Below are positions 11,401 to 24,392 of a DNA stretch of 64,000 nt, one piece after another; the first letter of the stretch is position 1, and every line of letters begins with the position of its first letter. This DNA comes from the human T2T-CHM13v2.0 reference genome, Homo sapiens. The stretch lies in the NCBI RefSeq assembly GCF_009914755.1, contig NC_060945.1, one strand, 5' to 3'. Position numbers and translations under genes: made by a program. The notes beneath the pieces were generated by a model that searched no databases, had not been told where the DNA came from, and was given only the letters and a program-made list of their open reading frames with translations.

Positions 11401-14400
11401 GGTGGTGGTGGTGGGAGTGAAGGTAGTGGTGGTGGTGATGGTGATGGTGGTGGTGGGAGTGAAGGTAGTGGTGGTGGGGATGGTGGTGGTGGTGGTGGGA
11501 GTGAAGGTAGTGGTGGTGGGGATGGTGGTGGTGGTGGTGGGAGTGAAGGTAGTGGTGGTGGGGATGGTGATGGTGGTGGTGGGAGTGAAGGTAGTGGTGG
11601 TGGTGATGGTGGTGGTGGTGGTGGGAGTGAAGGAAGTGGTGGTGGTGATGGTGGTGGTGGTGGTGGGAGTGAAGGTAGTGGTGGTAGGGATGGTGATGGT
11701 GGTGGTGGGAGTGAAGGTAGTGGTGGTGGTGATGGTGGTGGTGATGGTGGGAGTGAAGGTAGTGGTGGTGGGGATGGTGATGGTGCTGGTGGGAGTGAAG
11801 GTAGTGGTGGTGGTGATGGTGGTGGTGGTGGTGGTGGTGATGGTGATGGTGGTGGTGGGAGTGAAGGTGGTGGTGGTGGTGGTGGGAGTGAAGGTAGTGG
11901 TGGTGGTGATGGTGGTGGTGGTGGTGGGAGTGAAGGTGGTGGTGGTGATGGTGGTGGTGGTGGGAGTGAAAGTGGTGGTGGTGGTGGTGGGAGTGAAGGT
12001 AGTGGTGGTGGTGATGGTGGTGGTGGTGGTGGGAGTGAAGGTGGTGGTGGTGGTGGTGGGAGTGAAGGTAGTGGTGGTGGTGATGGTGGTGGTGGTGGTG
12101 GGAGTGAAGGTGGTGGTGGTGATGGTGGTGGTGGTGGGAGTGAAAGTGGTGGTGGTGGTGGTGGGAGTGAAGGTAGTGGTGGTGGTGATGGTGGTGGTGG
12201 TGGTGGGAGTGAAGGTGGTGGTGGTGATGGTGGTGGTGGGAGTGAAGGTAGTGGTGGTGGGGATGGTGATGGTGCTGGTGGGAGTGAAGGTAGTGGTGGT
12301 GGTGATGGTGGTGGTGATGGTGGGAGTGAAGGTAGTGGTGGTGGGGATGGTGATGGTGCTGGTGGGAGTGAAGGTAGTGGTGGTGGTGATGGTGGTGGTG
12401 GTGGTGGTGGTGATGGTGATGGTGGTGGTGGGAGTGAAGGTGGTGGTGGTGATGGTGGTGGTGGTGGGAGTGAAAGTGGTGGTGGTGGTGGTGGGAGTGA
12501 AGGTAGTGGTGGTGGTGATGGTGGTGGTGGTGGTGGGAGTGAAGGTGGTGGTGGTGGTGATCGTGATGGTGGTGGTGGGAGTGAAGGTGGTGGTGGTGAT
12601 GGTGGTGGTGGGAGTGAAGGTAGTGGTGGTGGGGATGGTGATGGTGCTGGTGGGAGTGAAAGTAGTGGTGGTGGTGATGGTGGTGGTGGTGGTGGTGGGA
12701 GTGAAGGTGGTGGTGGTGGTGATGGTGGTGGTGGTGGGAGTGAAGGTAGTGGTGGTGGTGATGGTGGTGGTGGTGGTGGGAGTGAAGGTGGTGGTGGTGA
12801 TGGTGATGGTGGTGGTGGGAGTGAAGGTGGTGGTGGTGATGGTGGTGGTGGGAGTGAAGGTAGTGGTGGTGGTGATGGTGGTGGTGGTGGTGGGAGTGAA
12901 GGTAGTGGTGGTAGGGATGGTGATGGTGGTGGTGGGAGTGAAGGTAGTGGTGGTGTGATGGTGGTGGTGGTGGTGGGAGTGAAGGTGGTGGTGGTGGTGA
13001 TGGTGATGGTGGTGGTGGGAGTGAAGGTAGTGGTGGTAGGGATGGTGGTGGTGGTGGTGGGAGTGAAGGTAGTGGTGGTGGGGATGGTGATGGTGGTGGT
13101 GGGAGTGAAGGTAGTGGTGGTGGGGATGGTGGTGGTGGTGGTGGGAGTGAAGGTAGTGGTGGTAGGGATGGTGATGGTGGTGGTGGGAGTGAAGGTAGTG
13201 GTGGTGGTGATGGTGGTGGTGATGGTGGGAGTGAAGGTAGTGGTGGTGGGGATGGTGATGGTGGTGGTGGGAGTGAAGGTAGTGGTGGTGGTGATGGTGG
13301 TGGTGGTGGTGGGAGTGAAGGTAGTGGTGGTAGGGATGGTGATGGTGGTGGTGGGAGTGAAGGTAGTGGTGGTGGTGATGGTGGTGGTGATGGTGGGAGT
13401 GAAGGTAGTGGTGGTGGGGATGGTGATGGTGCTGGTGGGAGTGAAGGTAGTGGTGGTGGTGATGGTGGTGGTGGTGGTGGTGGTGATGGTGATGGTGGTG
13501 GTGGGAGTGAAGGTGGTGGTGATGGTGGTGGTGGTGGGAGTGAAGGTGGTGGTGGTGGGAGTGAAGGTAGTGGTGGTGGTGATGGTGGTGGTGGGAGTGA
13601 AGGTGGTGGTGGTGGTGATGGTGATGGTGGTGGTGGGAGTGAAGGTGGTGGTGGTGATGGTGGTGGTGGGAGTGAAGGTAGTGGTGGTGGGGATGGTGAT
13701 GGTGCTGGTGGGAGTGAAGGTAGTGGTGGTGGTGATGGTGGTGGTGGTGGTGGTGGTGATGGTGGTGGTGGGAGTGAAGGTGGTGGTGGTGATGGTGGTG
13801 GTGGTGGGAGTGAAGGTGGTGGTGGTGGTGGTGGGAGTGAAGGTAGTGGTGGTGGTGATGGTGGTGGCGGTGGTGGGAGTGAAGGTGGTGGTGGTGATGG
13901 TGATGGTGGTGGTGGGAGTGAAGGTGGTGGTGGTGATGGTGGTGGTGGGAGTGAAGGTAGTGGTGGTGGTGATGGTGGTGGTGGTGGTGGGAGTGAAGGT
14001 AGTGGTGGTAGGGATGGTGATGGTGGTGGTGGGAGTGAAGGTAGTGGTGGTGGTGATGGTGGTGGTGGTGGGAGTGAAGGTGGTGGTGGTGGTGATGGTG
14101 ATGGTGGTGGTGGGAGTGAAGGTAGTGTTGGTAGGGATGGTGGTGGTGGTGGTGGGAGTGAAGGTAGTGGTGGTGGGGATGGTGATGGTGGTGGTGGGAG
14201 TGAAGGTAGTGGTGGTGGGGATGGTGATGGTGGTGGTGGGAGTGAAGGTAGTGGTGGTAGGGATGGTGATGGTGGTGGTGGGAGTGAAGGTAGTGGTGGT
14301 AGGGATGGTGATGGTGGTGGTGGGAGTGAAGGTAGTGATGGTGGGGATGGTGATGGTGGTGGTGGGAGTGAAGGTAGTGGTGGTGGGGATGGTGATGGTG

Positions 14401-15890
14401 GTGGGAGTGAAGGTAGTGGTGGTAGGGATGGTGATGGTGGTGGTGGGAGTGAAGGTAGTGGTGGTGGGGATGGTGATGGTGGTGGTGGGAGTGAAGGTAG
14501 TGGTGGTGGGGATGGTGATGGTGGTGGTGGGAGTGAAGGTAGTGGTGGTGGTGATGGTGATGGTGCTGGTGGGAGTGAAGGTAGTGGTGGTGGTGATGGT
14601 GGTGGTGGTGGTGGTGGTGATGGTGATGGTGGTGGTGGGAGTGAAGGTGGTGGTGGTGGTGGTGGTGGCGATGGTGGTGGTGGTGGTGGGAGTGAAGGTA
14701 GTGGTGGTGGTGATGGTGATGTTGGTGGGAGTGAAGGTGGTGGTGGTGGTGGTGGGAGTGAAGGTAGTGGTGGTGGTGATGGTGCTGGTGGTGGTGGGAG
14801 TGAAGGTGGTGGTGGTGAAGGTAGTGGTGGTGGTGATGGTGGTGGTGGTGGTGGGAGTGAAGGTAGTGGTGGTGGTGATGGTGGTGGTGGGAGTGAAGGT
14901 AGTCGTGGTGGTGATGGTGATGGTGGTGGTGGGAGTGAAGGTAGTGGTGGTGGTGATGGTGATGGTGGTGGTGGGAGTGAAGGTGGTGGTGGCGATGGTG
15001 ATGGTGGTGGTGGGAGTGAAGGTAGTGGTGGTGGTGATGGTGGTGGTGGTGGTGGGAGTGAAGGTGGTGGTGGTGGTGGTGGTGGGAGTGAAGGTGGTGG
15101 TGGTGATGGTGGTGGTGGGAGTGAAGGTAGTGGTGGTGGTGATGGTGGTGGTGGTGGTGGGAGTGAAGGTGGTGGTGGTGATGGTGGTGGTGGGAGTGAA
15201 GGTAGTGGTGGTGGTGATGGTGGTGGTGGTGGTGGGAGTGAAGGTGGTGGTGGTGGTGGGAGTGAAGGTGGTGGTGGTTGTGATGGTGGTGGTGGTGGGA
15301 GTGAAGGTAGTGGTGGTTGTGATGGTGGTGGTGGTGGGAGTGAAGGTAGTGGTGGTGGTGATGGTGATGGTGGTGGTGGGAGTGAAGGTAGTGGTGGTGG
15401 TGATGGTGGTGGTGGTGGGAGTGAAGGTAGTGGTGGTGGTGATGGTGATGGTGGTGGGAGTGAAGGTGGTGGTGGTGGCGATGGTGATGGTGGTGGTGGG
15501 AGTGAAGGTAGTGGTGGTGGTGGTGACAGTGATGGTGAGGATGGTGAAGGTAGTGGTGGTGGTGATGGTGTTGTTTGTGGTGATGGTGAGGATGGTGACA
15601 GTGGTGGTAGTGATGGTAGAGGTGATAGTGGTGATGGTGATGGTGGTGGTGGCAGTTGTGGGGACAGTGGTAGTGGCAGTGGTGATGGTGAGGATGGTGA
15701 TGGTGGTGGCAGTGGTGATGCTGAGGATAGTGATGGTGATAGTGGTGATGGTGCTGGTGTTTGTGGTGATGGTGGTGATACTGGTTGTAGTGATGGTAGT
15801 GATGGTGGTGATCGTGAGGGTGATGCTGGTGGTGATGGGAACAGTGACAGTTGTATTGGTGGTAGTATTGGTGATGGGGTGGGAATGGTG
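5475..15890. repeat. Giant compound (GGT/GAT)n VNTR, ~10.4 kb; core units of ~21-70 bp delimited by GGGAGTGAAG; degenerate flanks
   Basis: Directly visible; + strand almost devoid of C; homogeneous core ~5765-15510. Confidence 0.99.
6132..15480. repeat. Higher-order tandem duplication inside the array: copy 1 ~6132-10804, copy 2 ~10805-15480
   Basis: Rare variants recur at +4676: gtgaaggaag 6951/11627, gtgatcgtga 7881/12557, 1-bp deletion 8280/12956, gttggtaggg 9451/14127, agtcgt (C at 10228/14904). Confidence 0.95.
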
Positions 15891-16006
15891 AGAAGCCAAA
15901 CTGAGATGGATCGAGGGAGCTGGAGCAAATGCATTCAGCACTCACTGCTGAACTGAATGATGACCCTGGGTGAAACTAGTCCCTAGGTGAACCTCTCTAG
16001 TGTACC

Positions 16007-16126
16007 TTTTTTTTTTGCTTGAAAACTTTATTAAAATAAGGATTAAACCTGAAAAAAGAACAATCAGAATGCCAGCCCTTTATATAAAATCAGCAAGAAA
16101 AAGGAAAGAGAGAGAGAAACAGAGAA
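16007..16126 (-). pseudogene. Short 5'-truncated polyadenylated retro-insert (3'-UTR-end retrocopy or orphan transduction); parent unidentified
   Basis: Minus strand ends ...ttattttAATAAAgttttcaagc(A)10; flanked by direct repeat tagtgtac(c/t)tttt at 15998 and 16127. Confidence 0.6.
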
Positions 16127-16149
16127 TAGTGTACTTTTTATGAGTCAGG

Positions 16150-16355
16150 TTAGCCTAGAAGTTAAGAAGTGGGCTCCCCTGCAGGTCAAATTTAGGTTCT
16201 GTCAATTATTAGCTGTCTGACCTTAGAAAGGTTACTTGACCTCTCTGAGACCCAGCTTCACCATTTGCTAATGGGGACACTGGCACCTGCCTGGGGGCGG
16301 TGGAACAGACTGTGTTTGCAGGGTGCCTGATCGGACACTGAAGCACCTCAGTTGA
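16150..16355 (+). mobile_element. MIR
   Basis: gttaagaagtgggctc...agctgtctgaccttagaaaggttacttgacctctctgagacccagcttcaccatttgctaatgggga. Confidence 0.7.
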
Positions 16356-16584
16356 TGGAAACTGCTGCTGTGACTCTTCGGCCTAGAGTCAAACCTGCAG
16401 AGCCAGGAGGTTCCATTGCAAAGCATCGGCCAAGGCTGTCACAGGGGTGCCCCCTGGGCCCCTCCTATCTTTACTACCCCAGCAATACAGTCTGGTGGTA
16501 TTCGTGGCCCACTTCATGTTGCTATGACTTGGAGATGTAGCAGAAGGTGAGCGGGCTTGCCTCTCCAGTGCTTCACGCTCTCAT

Positions 16585-16740
16585 TCCAGCTGTGCCTTCA
16601 CCCCCATGTCCTCCGAAACTGACACAATCACATCTCTAGCATCTCAGCTTCTGCATCTGTAAAATGGGATGAGAGTTGCAATCCTTACCCGAGAGCTGTG
16701 GTGAGGATCAAAGGGACAATGGTCACACCTGTAAAAGAGA
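16585..16740 (+). mobile_element. MIR fragment
   Basis: ctcagcttctgcatctgtaaaatgggatga...gctgtggtgaggatcaaa (MIR core). Confidence 0.65.
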
Positions 16741-17721
16741 GAGGAGGATCCTGCGGTAGGTGGCCACACCATGGCCATCGTTGTTACCACAGTTGTCGCC
16801 TCCCTCATAGGATGCTGTGATCTCGGAGAGTGGAGACCTCTTATGCTGATGAGCACTTGGGCCCTGGCCAGCTGGACCAGGCTACCCCCACAGGTACACG
16901 GCATCTGGTGTTTTCACAGCCAGGGTACAATGAGAGAGGAAGGTGTGGGCCCTGAGGCCTCTGGTGGTGGGTTGAGAGAAATGTGTGTGCCAGTCTCCAT
17001 GCCCACATCCATGGAGCCCTCAGTTGACTAGAGCCCTCCCCTTCCCCTGGGGAGGGGAAGGAAGACACACTGGGAGAGGACTGGCCCAGGAACTTCCTTC
17101 AAGGACAAGGGACGAAAGCTGAGCCTTTAGTGGTAATTCAAGTTGCACCCTCTGAGCAGAGCCCCATGCAGGCCAAGCCATGCCAACATGGGCTGGTTTG
17201 GAGACTGCGTTTGTTTGTAGGTGGCATTGGCCTCAATGGCTCAATCTAGTATTTTTCTCACCCAACGAGTCTGGAGGTCGAGGCTTGTCTCATTTGTGTC
17301 CTTGGGATTGTAATTTATGGAGGTAACTGAATGAGAACGCAGAGAAGCCAATCCCATTGAAAGAAGAATTTGTTACTCACAGGTCCTGAGATGGGGGGCA
17401 TGCCATGCCACGCAGGGCTGTATGGGGAGCAGCAGTTTTGGACAGAAGGCAGAAATGGGCAAGGAGAGGGCACAGGCCAGAGTATGTATTGGGGTTTCCT
17501 CGGGAAATGTAGAGCGGGGAACAGCTCAGGATCTGCTAATTCGAGTAATTCCGGCATGCTTTGGGCTCTAGGGGAGGTCTCTAGTTGCCTGGCACCTGGC
17601 CCTGGGATGATTTAGAGCAGGGGCATTATTGGCCTGGTGTATGAGAGTTAAACAGAGGTAGTCGTGTGCATAGACTCAGGATTGGTTGGTTTGTAAATAA
17701 GAAGCCCAGGACTGCCCTTCA

Positions 17722-17932
<211 letters not shown>

Positions 17933-17936
17933 GTCA

Positions 17937-18276
<340 letters not shown>

Positions 18277-18299
18277 CGTGAATACAAGGCTCCACATGC

Positions 18300-18600
18300 C
18301 ACCAGGGACCCAGGACCTGTCTATTTTTCCAGCCACTCCTAGTGGGGTTTTAGTGGAGGTGCTTGGCTGCTTCATGGTTGCAAGATGGCTGCTCTGTCCC
18401 AGCCTTTAGTCCTTTGTCCAGGCAGCAAAGGGCAAAGGGAAAGGCATGTCCCAGCAGAGTCTGTTTCTTTTGAAGCAGATTTCTCCACGGCCCCCTCAAC
18501 CCAAACTCAGTGCTCCTCTCTGCACGGTCACGTGCACTCCTAGATGCAAATGAGGCTGGGGATGTAGGGCTTTTAGTTGGACATTTGAGGGGCTAAAGTG
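18300..18600 (-). mobile_element. Old MaLR LTR fragment (MLT1J/K/L-like)
   Basis: ttcatggttgcaagatggctgct...ggtcacgtgcactcctagatgcaaatgaggctgggga. Confidence 0.45.
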
Positions 18601-18644
18601 GAGGATGGGTACAGGGTCATCCCTGGGAGTTTCGGCTGTGGCCT

Positions 18645-19423
<779 letters not shown>

Positions 19424-19474
19424 GCCGCCTTCCCAAAACAGCCCCTAAGATCCAGTTGCTGGGTGCCTGTTATA

Positions 19475-19610
19475 TGCGAGGTGCCAGGGCTCTGGGTGCT
19501 CTCTCAACAGCCCTACCAGGCAGCCACTGAAACCCACTTTACAATGAGGAAAGAAAGGCTGAGGAGCAGGATCCAAACCTAGAACCTCAGTCCATGACCT
19601 TTCTCCTACT
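19475..19610 (-). mobile_element. MIR fragment
   Basis: ctcaacagccctaccagg...cccactttacaatgaggaaagaaaggctgag. Confidence 0.5.
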
Positions 19611-19721
19611 TTCCACCCCAATTGTGCAAGAAAAGTCTTTGCAAACTGTGATCACAATGAAAAAAATACTCCTTCTTATTCTCGTGCTCACAAGCCCAGC
19701 CCAGATCCCATTTCTTGTGTG

Positions 19722-20019
<298 letters not shown>

Positions 20020-23000
20020 TTCTCAGGTTTTTTAATGGTTTGTTCAAGTTCTGGTGAGCACGCAGGCCAGTAGCAGTGAATGGCAAGGCAGGGCTGTCTT
20101 TCTTCTTTCCAGTTCTCTCCCTGCTCAGCTCCTCCTCTTGGCCTCAGGTCCTTCAGAAACCCCCTGAAGTTCCCTGCAGGGGTGGGCACATGGGCTGGTG
20201 CTCTCTGAACAGGGCCACCTGGGATCCCCAGCTGTACCCCTGGCCTCCTGCTGGCCCTGGGACATCAGGCCTTGCTTCTCAGTGTCCCTCAGTACTGTTT
20301 CAGGGCACCCCTTGTAGGCTCTGCTCGTTGAAACGGGGCCTGCTCTCCAAGCTTCTCAATTTCAGAAATCTTCGGCAGCTTGGGGACATTCAAGGTCACC
20401 CTGGGCTCCCAAAGTCACAGCCACCCACCTCCAAGAAGCCCTGCAGTCCTGCAAACGAGAAGGAAACAGTACTTCTTCCCTTCCCTGAGCTTCCACGGGC
20501 TTTGTTCCCCTCCACATGGGAGGCGCCTCTGCTGAAAAGGCCGGCCTGATACCTGCAGACAATTCCATTGGCCACAGCCAAGTTTCCACGTCAGGAGGCT
20601 GTGGGCTGGGGGTGGCAGCACTGGGTCCTGGGCGCCGCGTGGAAGCTTCTCAGAGGGAGGGCAGCTTTTAGGGATTTGATGGTGAGACGTAGTTGGCTTC
20701 AATTTTCTAAATTGATCCTTCAACTCCTAAGTAAAAGGAAAGCACGAGTTCCTGCCACGTGCCAAGTGGGGGTTCCGCTGGGCCTTTTCAGAGACCGTCA
20801 TTAAGTTCTTTTCAGCTGCTGCCAGTCAGATGCCGTGGGCCCCACTTCCAGGCTGTGGTCTGTCATTATCTGTCATTAGCAGCTGTACCTGCAGAGGACT
20901 TGAGGTTCCTGGAGCTGTCCCAAGGACCACACGCCAGCTGCCTGGCACCATGGGCTTTGCTCATGGCCTGGCTCTGGGCTCTAAGGGCTTGTTGGGGGAC
21001 TGAACAGGGCCCTGCTCCCTGAGGGACCTCAGAGGAAGCACTGGGATGAGCATCTGGGAGAACAGTCTGACTGAGATTGTCCCCTCCCCAGCCAACAGGC
21101 TTCCAGGGTCAGTTGGAACACCATGTTTCTTTGCTACAGGGGCCCCTTCTCCCTTAGTGGTCCTGAGGAAGCCAGAGCCACATAGCATGGGCTGTGACGG
21201 CCCCCTTAACAGCCAGCACCCATGCGTGTCCTTTAGCCCAATAGCGCTGATACCACAGGGACCGGCCTGCATTCTCACCCTGGCTGGTGGGGGAGGGAAG
21301 CAGGGTGCAAGGTGCGGCACACAGCTCCTGTCCCAACAAAGAGGGGCCTTCTTCCACCAGCTCATGGCAGGACAGCTTCTCACATTCATTCCTGCTCCTT
21401 CCTATCTGCTGCTTCAAAATATGAACAGGACATTGATGAGCAAAAGTAACAGAGGCTCCTGAACCAGCTGAGAGCAGCTCCCTTCCTCCCTGGGGCCGCC
21501 CCACTGGCAGTCCTGATGTGCAGAAGGCACCAAATGGATGCTTGCCAATAGTGAAGAAGAGAGACAGAGGGTGACGGGCACGCACACACACACACGCACT
21601 CTCCAGGCTAGAGCAACACACATCACCAGGGAGCTGCTGGAGGGAGGGAGCACCCCAGGCTTCTGCCCTCCTTTCTCTCTACATCTTGAAGGTGGGGGCA
21701 GGGGGCCTTTTTGACATCACCCAGCATAAGAAATCCTGCCCTCCCATTTCCAGCTGAGTTGCCAGAGCTTCCCTCCGGGTTGGGGAGAGGGAAGACGGGG
21801 GCAGCTCCAGGCAGCCTGACATGAGGCTCCGCTGCTGCTTGGGGCGACCAGGCAGGTCCCCCACTGGTAAGCCAAGGAGCCAACTGACCCCCACCCACAT
21901 CCATCCTGCCCAGGCATCACCGTCAGCCCCTTGGAGTAACTGTTCCTGACCTCAGAAGCCCGATGTGGCCACGGGCTGCCCCATCTCTCCGGGTGAGGGG
22001 GGCACACACCCGCCATGGCATTGGCCATGGATGGGCCACAGTGCTCTCTGCTGGTGAAGTGCATCCCTGGGCTCCCCCGGGCACGCCTCTGGTGGGGGGC
22101 TGTGGTCAGGACAGCGAGTCCCTGGGTGGCTGTTGGAGCAGCCTGGGATTTCATTCATTCATTCATTCATTTATTTCTGGCTTGGGCGCTCCATCCATCG
22201 GAGCTTTTAGCCCTTTGTCCACACTTCCCGAGGATTGGTTCCAGGGGTCTGCTGGCAGCTCCAGGTCAGCTGCATTGACCATGATGCCTCCTGGGCCTCT
22301 GGGGTCTTTGGGAGCCTGTCCCCTCTTCCATCATTGTCCCCGAAGCTGCCTTTCACAGGGGCCTTGAGGGTCCAGACTCATTAAAGTTGGCAATGCCCTT
22401 ACTGTCCACACATTGTTACCGGCTCCCCAGAGGAAACCACGAAGGGAACTGCCCATGCTTGCAAAGAAGGGCACGTGGACTTTTAAACCCTCTGGTCACC
22501 TTCCAAGTCCCTTTGGCCCAAAGAGTGCTGCAAGGGGGCATGTGCCTGGCAGAGCTGCACCCTGCTGGCTGCCCTCCAGTGCAGACCCACCGTGCAAGAC
22601 TCCGCCCCTCCAGAGACTGTGCCCCCTGGTGGAGGCATCCTCAGGAGCCTCCTGGGCTTCCTTCCTCCATCTGCCTCCTTGAGTGGAAGCGACGGGCCCC
22701 AGGTGAGAGGCTCCGCATGGCTGGAGGCTGAGGAGAGGCCAGCACCTGCTTCCCGCAGAGGGAGGGGAGGCCTCCTGTCTGCACAAACCGACCTTGCAAA
22801 TTGGTGGCCAGAGGCGGTGGGTGTTTGCTGAGCTGCTGGTGCCTAAACCAGGCAACTCCCAAGTCTCTGGCAAGGGCTGGGGCTGAACAGAAGGATTACG
22901 ATTGCTCCCTTGAAATATTTAACCTTTGCTCCCAGCAGTCAGAAGGCCAATGAAACCAGGAGAGAAAACACCAAGGTAACAGGAGTCTTCCAAAACTGCG

Positions 23001-24220
23001 ATGCGATTTGGCCTGGAGGGGCTGAGTGCTTTTTCTTCTTTCTGCTCTTCTTGCTCTTGGAACGGCTACAATGCACCAGACCGCAGGAAGCTACTTCTGA
23101 TACGCAGAGATGCCCATGAAATGGAAGTGCCAGTGGAGGATGAGCTCACAACGGGCACTTGCTGTGCAGAAAGTGGATTTGATGAAACTAAGCCTGGGGC
23201 CAAAAATGCTAAAAGGTGAAAGCAAACATGGCGGACCAAAGGTCTCTAACGTTTAAAAAACAGAAAGGACACAAAATTAGATAAGGGCAACGCCCCTTGA
23301 AATTTCTGGTTCGTTCTCGGGGTTCCAGCCCAATACTAATACTTTTCTCAACAAGAGCCAGGACACCTCAGGGCCCCACTGCCCCCAGGCCGGGCGTGGA
23401 GTCCAGGACGGGGCATCTTCTGTCCGCCCCACGCCTTCTCATAAATGTGTTTTCTGCGACGGGGTGGGACCAGCACTGGCAGAGGCAGCAGCCGCAGACC
23501 CTCCACAGAGCTGGGCACTGATTCAAACAGAGAAGCCAAGAAACTCAGACAGCGAAGGAGGAGGAGACACAGAAACCATGGAGGGGAATTTGTTTTAAAG
23601 GAGAGTAGGGGAAACTTAGGTGTTATTTCTCATCAAAGGAGTCTAATAAATTAAATAGGAAATAAAGTCATAATAAAGATTTCCAAAGTAAAAGCTGCCT
23701 TAGGGTGGCATTGGGGATGGCCTTGGACAAGGGGGAGTAGTGGTGCCGTGTCAGTGAATATGCTTAACAGAGACCCGAGACCATCGCAGAGTAACAGAGA
23801 TGCCCACTGCAGATAATCAGCTGACGCCCGCCGCGGTGCCTGGGAAACTCAGACTCTGTTCACCCTGCGGCTTCTGCCATCCTCACAGCACAGTTTCCAC
23901 GGCAACCCCATGAATGCGTGCAGGGCCGGGCATCTGGAAATAGGTGTCCAAAGTCACGTGCAACCAGCAGCAGGCTCAACAACAAGGAAGGCAGAGCGTC
24001 ACAATGGCCACAGCAATAACCACAATAACAAGAGTGGCAGAGCTGAGGGCAGTCCCCAGTGTGCCAGGCGCCGAGCTGAGCTGGACATCGTCTCACTCAC
24101 GGCAGGAGCCTGTCCTGCGGAGGAGGATGTGGAGGGCGGCCAGTTGTGTAGCTTACAAACTCCAGCCGGGACTCCAGCCTGAGATGAGCCGCTGCAGAGT
24201 CCACACTCCCAATCCCCAGG

Positions 24221-24392
24221 CCAGAAGTTCTTAACCTCCACCAGGACCACCTAGGAGCTGTTTGAAATACAGGCTCCCGGGCCCCATCCCCACAGCTTTG
24301 ATCTATAGGTCAGAAGTGGAGCCACGAATCTGCATTTTGACAAACCCTCCAGATGATATGAGAATGGTGGGCCTCGGAGCTCACTGAGAAAA
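24221..24392. mobile_element. MER5-type hAT-Charlie DNA transposon fossil
   Basis: ttcttaacct...gaaatacaggctcccgggccccatcccc...gaatctgcattttgacaaaccctccagatgat...cactgagaa. Confidence 0.7.

Noticed and set aside
5475-15890. Telomere-like or interstitial telomeric repeat
   Set aside because: No TTAGGG units; the base period is 3
5241-15945. 978-3498 aa ORFs as a mucin-, extensin- or histidine-rich protein gene
   Set aside because: Several frames on both strands are open simply because of the GGT/ACC repeat. There is no signal peptide, globular domain or flanking exon structure, and the frameshifts are tolerated.
16401-16552. Possible lncRNA exon (cag|agcc...AAG|GTGAGC), and similar donor-like sites at ~44595 and ~54835
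   Set aside because: Isolated splice-like words are common, and no exon chain can be supported without transcript data. A lncRNA is not excluded.
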